Shown piece by piece: positions 6,410-10,800 of a DNA stretch of 10,800 nt. The stretch comes from Nitrosopumilaceae archaeon (lineage in GTDB: Archaea; Thermoproteota; Nitrososphaeria; Nitrososphaerales; Nitrosopumilaceae): NCBI GenBank assembly GCA_052389415.1, contig JBQTHX010000037.1, forward strand, positions 1 through 10,800, in the 5' to 3' direction. A program made the position numbers and the translations under genes. Position 1 is the stretch's first letter; each line of letters begins with the position of its first letter. The notes beneath the pieces are model-generated. The model saw nothing but the letters and a program-made list of their open reading frames with translations. It was not told where the DNA came from and did not search any database.

Positions 6410-8026
6410 TTGAGCACAAAATATCAGAAATATCTGTTGCTTGTTGCAACCATAGTTGCTATTCTTTCTATCATAGGTTTTGCTGATTTACAAGAAACAA
6501 AAGCTCAAGAGCAATCAGGTGCAGATGACGTTAACCCTTGGCAAGTTTTTTCAAAGTCACAGGTTCTCAAGCCAGTTGACATTGCCTTTGATGCCAACGA
6601 CAACATGTATGTTTTACATTCTGCAAACAGAATCAAGGTTATTGATCCTTCTGGAAAAATTACAAGCAGTTGGGATACGTTAACCGAATTTACCAAGGGT
6701 TCTGCTCTTGCAGTGGATAAAAATGGAAATGTGTTTGTAATTGCATCCGACGTAAACAAGATTCTAAAATATGACTATACAAAAAAGCTCATCTTAGAGT
6801 GGCCACTAGATGAGAATCAGTCATTTAGCACGCTAGATGGGATTCTTGATTTTGACATTGACAATAATGGAAACATGTACATTGCAGACATGGCTGGAAA
6901 CCGAATTCTTAAAGTGGATATCAATGGCAATCTGGTAACGACTTGGGGAACCAAGGGAAAAAATGATGGTCAGTTTTCAAATCCAAAAGGAGTCTTTGTT
7001 GATGATATGCAAAATGTGTACATTTCAGATTCAAACAATTATCGTGTTCAAAAATTTGATTCTGAAGGCAAACTACTCAGTTTAACCAAAGAATTGCGCG
7101 ACAATCGCGGTCTTAGGATTGTCCCAGAATCCATTGCAGTTGATTCATCAGGAAACATTTTTGTTTCAAATGATGACGCCAAGGCTCAGGACCTGGGTGA
7201 TACCTATATTGGTGCTGCAGGAAATGTTGGCAAGGTCTGGAAGCTTGCACCTGATGGAAAGATCCTAGACGATTGGTTTGCTGGTGTAACCATAAGATCA
7301 TTAGAATTTAATCATGCAGGAGAATTGTTTGCAGCAGACATTGCTACTAACCAGATCTTGCATCTAAATGCTGAATCAAAAAATATCGAGGCAATTCCAA
7401 GTTGGATAAAAAATAATGCAAAGTGGTGGTCTGAAGGATCTATTGGTGATTCTGATTTTGTAAAGGGAATCGAGTATCTAATACAACAAGAAACGATAAA
7501 GATTCCAGTTGTCAAGCCCAGTACGAGCTTTTCCTTAGAGATTCCTGCCTGGATAAAAAATAATGCAAAGTGGTGGTCTGAAGGTTCTATTGGTGATTCT
7601 GATTTTATTTCAGGAATTCAGTTTTTGATTGGTAATGGGATGATTCGAGTTAATCAGTCAGATTGTCAAGGAACTGCATTGTGCATCAAAGGTGTCGTGG
7701 AAAAAATAGTTGATGGAGATACCATTAATGTTTCGGGATACAAGGTTCGACTTTCTCTAGTTGATACTCCAGAAACAAATGAAGTTGGTTTTAGAGAAGC
7801 CACAGAGTTTACTAGTACTTTATGTCCTGTTGGAACATCGATAATTGTTGACCAGGATGATTTGCAGCCCTTTGATGTGTATGGAAGAATTGTAGGAAAG
7901 GTAACATGCTCTGGCAAGCTACTAAATTCAGAGCTTTTGTACAACGGATATGCAAAGATTCTTACGGAATATTGTAGGGAAAGCGAGTTTTCAGGTGAAG
8001 CTTGGGCCATAAAATATGGATGTTAA
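6410..8026 (+). CDS. Secreted NHL-repeat beta-propeller + 2x IPxWIKNNAxWW repeat + thermonuclease (SNase) domain
   Basis: Signal peptide; NHL repeats (PVDIAFD..DNMYV, GNMYIADMAGNRILK, GQFSNPKGVFVD...VYISDSNNYRVQKFD); two thaumarchaeal WIKNNAKWW repeats; SNase motifs VDGDT, VRLSLVDTPE, DVYGR and LNSELL..GYA from about 7690. Confidence 0.92.
   Translation: MSTKYQKYLLLVATIVAILSIIGFADLQETKAQEQSGADDVNPWQVFSKSQVLKPVDIAFDANDNMYVLHSANRIKVIDPSGKITSSWDTLTEFTKGSALAVDKNGNVFVIASDVNKILKYDYTKKLILEWPLDENQSFSTLDGILDFDIDNNGNMYIADMAGNRILKVDINGNLVTTWGTKGKNDGQFSNPKGVFVDDMQNVYISDSNNYRVQKFDSEGKLLSLTKELRDNRGLRIVPESIAVDSSGNIFVSNDDAKAQDLGDTYIGAAGNVGKVWKLAPDGKILDDWFAGVTIRSLEFNHAGELFAADIATNQILHLNAESKNIEAIPSWIKNNAKWWSEGSIGDSDFVKGIEYLIQQETIKIPVVKPSTSFSLEIPAWIKNNAKWWSEGSIGDSDFISGIQFLIGNGMIRVNQSDCQGTALCIKGVVEKIVDGDTINVSGYKVRLSLVDTPETNEVGFREATEFTSTLCPVGTSIIVDQDDLQPFDVYGRIVGKVTCSGKLLNSELLYNGYAKILTEYCRESEFSGEAWAIKYGC
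7403..7606 (+). repeat. Intragenic 57-bp direct repeat (7403-7459 and 7550-7606)
   Basis: TGGATAAAAAATAATGCAAAGTGGTGGTCTGAAGG(A/T)TCTATTGGTGATTCTGATTTT, 56/57 identical, period 147 nt (49 codons). Confidence 0.95.
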
Positions 8027-8248
8027 GGATTCTACAGCAATATGCTGCTAGAGGCAACGCCAAGAACTTTGAATGTCATGGTTTTTTTCTGTTTGGCGAT
8101 GAGAAAGTTGTTTTCTGCTAGTGAAGAGTTATAGAAGAAAAGATACTTGAAATAATCAACTACTATGTCATCATAGAAAGAAAGAGAATGAAGCTAGAAA
8201 AGATGAAAATTAGGTTTATGCCCCTATAGATTTTAAAGATAATTTCAT

Positions 8249-8638
8249 TTATGATTTCAATTTAGCATTGACTTTGGCAAGAATGCGTTCTGCCCATCTT
8301 ACAGAGTCTTGAGCCTCTTTAGGATCCATTAAATCAGGTTGATATTCCGAAGCATTCTTTTTTCCTATCAGAGAAGTGAACTGTTTTTTAATTTCTTCAT
8401 ACTCCACAGATGGAAATATTCCTTGAATAAGTGAGAGTACTTCAGTATGATCATCTGATCCACGTTTGCCTTTAAATGAAATAGTCAATGCGTCAAGTGC
8501 GTTTATAGAACTGTGAATCGCGTTTGTTACTGTACTATTATACCTCTTACTTTTTAAAGAGTCATTAGCTGTTTTCAGTAATTCTTCAGCTTTTACGATA
8601 TAATTTGATGCTTTTTTAGGATCTACTGATCTTGCCAT
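8249..8638 (-). CDS. HEPN domain protein (toxin component of MNT-HEPN pair)
   Basis: Helical 129 aa with HEPN pattern YIVKAEELL..A.DSL...RY...V..AIHS.INALDAL...DH and KKNASEY. ATG directly follows the MNT stop (TAAATG). Confidence 0.87.
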   Translation of the reverse strand: MARSVDPKKASNYIVKAEELLKTANDSLKSKRYNSTVTNAIHSSINALDALTISFKGKRGSDDHTEVLSLIQGIFPSVEYEEIKKQFTSLIGKKNASEYQPDLMDPKEAQDSVRWAERILAKVNAKLKS

Positions 8639-9238
8639 TTATGAAACTTCTATACTTTTACCACATATTAGAATATGATTATCAATGATTGACCGTATAA
8701 GAGATTCTTTTTGTTTAGATTTGAATTCTTTTTCGGTAAATATTATTGGAGATATACTGCCTTGAAATATTGAGAATATTTGTTCAGTTGCTTCAGATAT
8801 TTGTGCGATGGCATGATCGTGATCATTTGAGACTACTAAAAGATCCATATCACTATCTATCTTTTCTTGCCCTTTTACAATGCTTCCAAAAATTACTGCA
8901 GTGATAATTTTCTTTGTGTCAAGGTGTTTCTTTAGGATGGCAAGTAGCTCAGCTAAAGTGTTTTTTTCTGATGCTACTATTGGCTCTATTATTTTATTTA
9001 GAATGTAGCTTTTCTTGTTTAATTCTAATTGATATGCTCTTCCCACTGGCTGAATTTTTATGATACCAAATCTTTCAAGTTCGTGAATGGTTAGTGCAGC
9101 TTCATTTGGTGTAACTTTGGCTTTTTCTGCTAATCCCCTAATGGTAAAGATCTTACCCTTGTAATTTATCATTGTGCGTAGCAAAGTAATGGCTACCTTG
9201 TTTCCAAGTACTTTTTCTAGATATCTATGCAGTAACAT
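8639..9238 (-). CDS. wHTH + minimal nucleotidyltransferase (MNT) antitoxin/autorepressor
   Basis: N-terminal wHTH (FTIRGLAEKAKVTPNEAALTIHELERFGII...VGRAYQLELN); C-terminal Pol-beta motif IFGSIVKGQEKIDSDMDLLVV (GS-x10-DxD). Confidence 0.92.
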   Translation of the reverse strand: MLLHRYLEKVLGNKVAITLLRTMINYKGKIFTIRGLAEKAKVTPNEAALTIHELERFGIIKIQPVGRAYQLELNKKSYILNKIIEPIVASEKNTLAELLAILKKHLDTKKIITAVIFGSIVKGQEKIDSDMDLLVVSNDHDHAIAQISEATEQIFSIFQGSISPIIFTEKEFKSKQKESLIRSIIDNHILICGKSIEVS

Positions 9239-9239
9239 A

Positions 9240-9299
9240 ATGTCCTATATTTAGGACATTTGTCCTATATTTAAGACATATGTCCTATATTTAGGACAT
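9240..9299. promoter_or_regulatory. Three tandem 20-bp palindromes (probable operator array) over the MNT-HEPN promoter
   Basis: ATGTCCTATATTTAGGACAT (9240-9259), TTGTCCTATATTTAAGACAT (9260-9279), ATGTCCTATATTTAGGACAT (9280-9299). Arms are ATGTCCTA/TAGGACAT around TATT. One base separates the array from ATG 9238. Confidence 0.85.
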
Positions 9300-9428
9300 G
9301 TATATTCGAAATAAGCACACTAAAATTAGTCCTTGATGGCTTTTGTCTAATTTGTTTAGTTCCCCTTTTTACATGGTGTAGTGGATCATAAAAATTACGA
9401 TCTTCTCTTTGGGTACAAGACAAGCTGA

Positions 9429-9926
9429 TTAGCGCAATCTTGTTGATTCCCTTAGCAGCTTCCTTAACTTTGAATTGTCTGCAAATATCCAGACAATTGC
9501 TCCATCCTTGTCATACATTATTTTGTTAGAGCTTTCCAGATAGTCCAGTATCTTTTTAAAAGTAGGATATTGAACCTGTTTTGGAAGCTTTCTCCAAAGC
9601 TGGTTTTTAGAAGAAAATGCCTTTTTTTCGCGATTAGCATAAAGGAATTGTAAAGATAGGTCACTTGTTACAATAATATCAATTTGTTTTGAATGGTTTT
9701 CTTTAGAATCAAAGATAAAACCACCGCTAATTACGTTGCAGCTTTTTGGAAGATATCTTATCAAAAAATCCAGAAAGCTTGATTCTCTAAGAGTTCCACT
9801 ATCAGAGCCTAGCTTGAATATAGCTGATGACTGTCTTTGGTCTTCAAGTTTGTTAGATTCAGCTTGAAAATGAGATAGCATTTCACTGAATTTTAGCTTG
9901 TTTTTCTCTACTTGCATCAATATCAT
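9429..9926 (-). pseudogene. Probable chimeric ORF: truncated DUF6602-like N-terminal half fused to the C-terminal part of a small archaeal wHTH protein
   Basis: aa ~42-92 match the DUF6602-type pattern G..RE..F.DFL..YLP....V..G.I.DS....SKQIDIIV, but the later ExK motif is absent. aa ~100-165 (SKNQLWRKLPKQVQYPTFKKILDYLESSNKIMYDKDGAIVWIF) resemble a separate small archaeal wHTH family. The frame is intact, so it may be expressed. Confidence 0.6.
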
Positions 9927-10087
9927 ATTTTGATTTAGCTAACTAAGGCACAGTCTGTATAATATGAAAATGACAAGTGTGGGAATTTAATTAATGAGAG
10001 AGGTTAGCTTGCATTAAATTAATATGCAAATCTAGGTTTGCGTGAATCCTGATGAGAAAAATGTGTTCTTCACTTATTTTTGATGAC

Positions 10088-10216
10088 TTTTTTCGGTACT
10101 CTTTTCGGTCAATTTAGCTTATTTTGAATTTTTTTGGTAATTTTTTCGGCAATTAAATAATTACATTAATTGTTTATCGGGATTAATTCGGTATTTATTC
10201 GGCATTTATCGGTAAA
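10088..10216. repeat. Array of short W-tract+TCGG motifs with ~10.5-bp phasing
   Basis: TCGG at 10093, 10105, 10146, 10177, 10188, 10199 and 10209, plus TTGG at 10134. Each follows an A/T run and all have the same orientation. Confidence 0.7.
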
Positions 10217-10596
10217 TTCCTCAATTTATCAAATTTGCTTTTAATTTAGCTTCATAATTGAATATAGAAAAAAGATAATTTTTCAAGCTTGAAATTAAAT
10301 GGATATTAATTTAATTCAAAAATCAAGCTAGAAAATAGATCTTTATTTTTTAAGTTATGATAAAAATTAGTAGTGCCTGAATTTACATTTCATATCTTTT
10401 GTCAAGTCTGTGCCTAGAAGATCTTCTTTGCAGTATAATGTTCATTACTATCTTTGTGTATACACTAGATATGGACTTGAGTAAATTGTGCCTGTTTACG
10501 CATGTGATATCTTTGATTGACGTTTCATATCAAATGTAAAGCCAGAATCATTTAGTTTCAAAACATACAAATTAATTTAATTCCAAAAATATCCAA

Positions 10597-10680
10597 ATTA
10601 ATTAAAATAAAAAATAATGTATTAATTAAAATAAAAATAAAAAAGTGCATATTTTACAATAAGGATTAAAATAAAAAAAA
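10597..10680 (-). terminator. Tandem T-rich terminators of the rRNA operon
   Basis: TTTTTATTTTAAT occurs three times on the minus strand (plus-strand ATTAAAATAAAAA at 10601, 10625 and 10665), just downstream of the 23S 3' end. Confidence 0.6.
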
Positions 10681-10711
10681 TCGTCGCGTATAGTCTCTAT
10701 GTATTATGACT

Positions 10712-10800
10712 GAGCCGATGTATTGGATTATTAGTAATGGCTGGTTCACCCCTCGCCGAAGCTTGGAATCTACGCCACCATTCTATCAACGCCGTCTTCT
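10712..10800 (-). rRNA. rrl: 23S rRNA, 3' end (continues beyond the right edge)
   Basis: Reverse complement AGAAGACGGCGTTGATAGAATGGTGGCGTAGATTCCAAGCTTCGGCGAGGGGTGAACCAGCCATTACTAAT fits the conserved LSU 3' pattern GAAGAC..GTTGATAG...GTA...TACTAAT. It has the stem AATGG/CCATT and a GC(TTCG)GC tetraloop hairpin. The exact 3' end is approximate. Confidence 0.9.

Noticed and set aside
7403-7606. DGR template/variable repeat pair
   Set aside because: Only one mismatch, both copies are in frame in the same gene, and there is no reverse transcriptase in the window.
5811-8010. ORFs 5811-6176, 6480-6683, 6505-6759, 7113-7301, 7312-7515 and 7666-8010
   Set aside because: Antisense or alternate-frame shadows of the membrane protein and the NHL-SNase gene.
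8027-8248. Possible gene remnant (LQQYAARGNAKNFECHGFFLFGDEK...) after the SNase gene
   Set aside because: No start codon, internal stops, and no family I can recognise.
9240-9299. Mini-CRISPR array
   Set aside because: Units are 20 bp and abut with no spacers, and no cas genes are present. The position fits an operator.
9927-10680. Chromosomal oriC
   Set aside because: AT-rich, but I see no ORB boxes (TCCA...GAAA with a G-string) and there is no cdc6/orc1 in the window.
10681-10800. tRNA or 5S rRNA at the right edge
   Set aside because: No cloverleaf or T-loop. The reverse complement fits the 23S 3' terminus.

Overview
The window looks like an ammonia-oxidising archaeon (Nitrososphaerota, probably Nitrosopumilaceae). 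This rests on the IPxWIKNNAxWW repeats, the RIO1 sequence, TATA-type promoters and a 23S rRNA 3' end with no 5S gene after it. Core genes sit at both ends: the 5' part of rio1 (minus strand, missing from the ORF track) and the 3' end of 23S rRNA (minus strand). Between them are about 10 kb of accessory genes: a Zn-ribbon microprotein and a small partner, a secreted S8 subtilase, a large acidic secreted protein, two small membrane proteins, an NHL-propeller/thermonuclease fusion, an HTH-MNT/HEPN toxin-antitoxin pair, a chimeric DUF6602/wHTH ORF, and an AT-rich non-coding stretch. The strongest non-gene signals are (1) three abutting 20-bp palindromes over the TA promoter, where a substitution in the middle copy improves a TATA box, and (2) an array of TCGG motifs phased with the DNA helical repeat downstream of the rRNA operon. 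Family calls come from reading motifs by eye; no database search was run.
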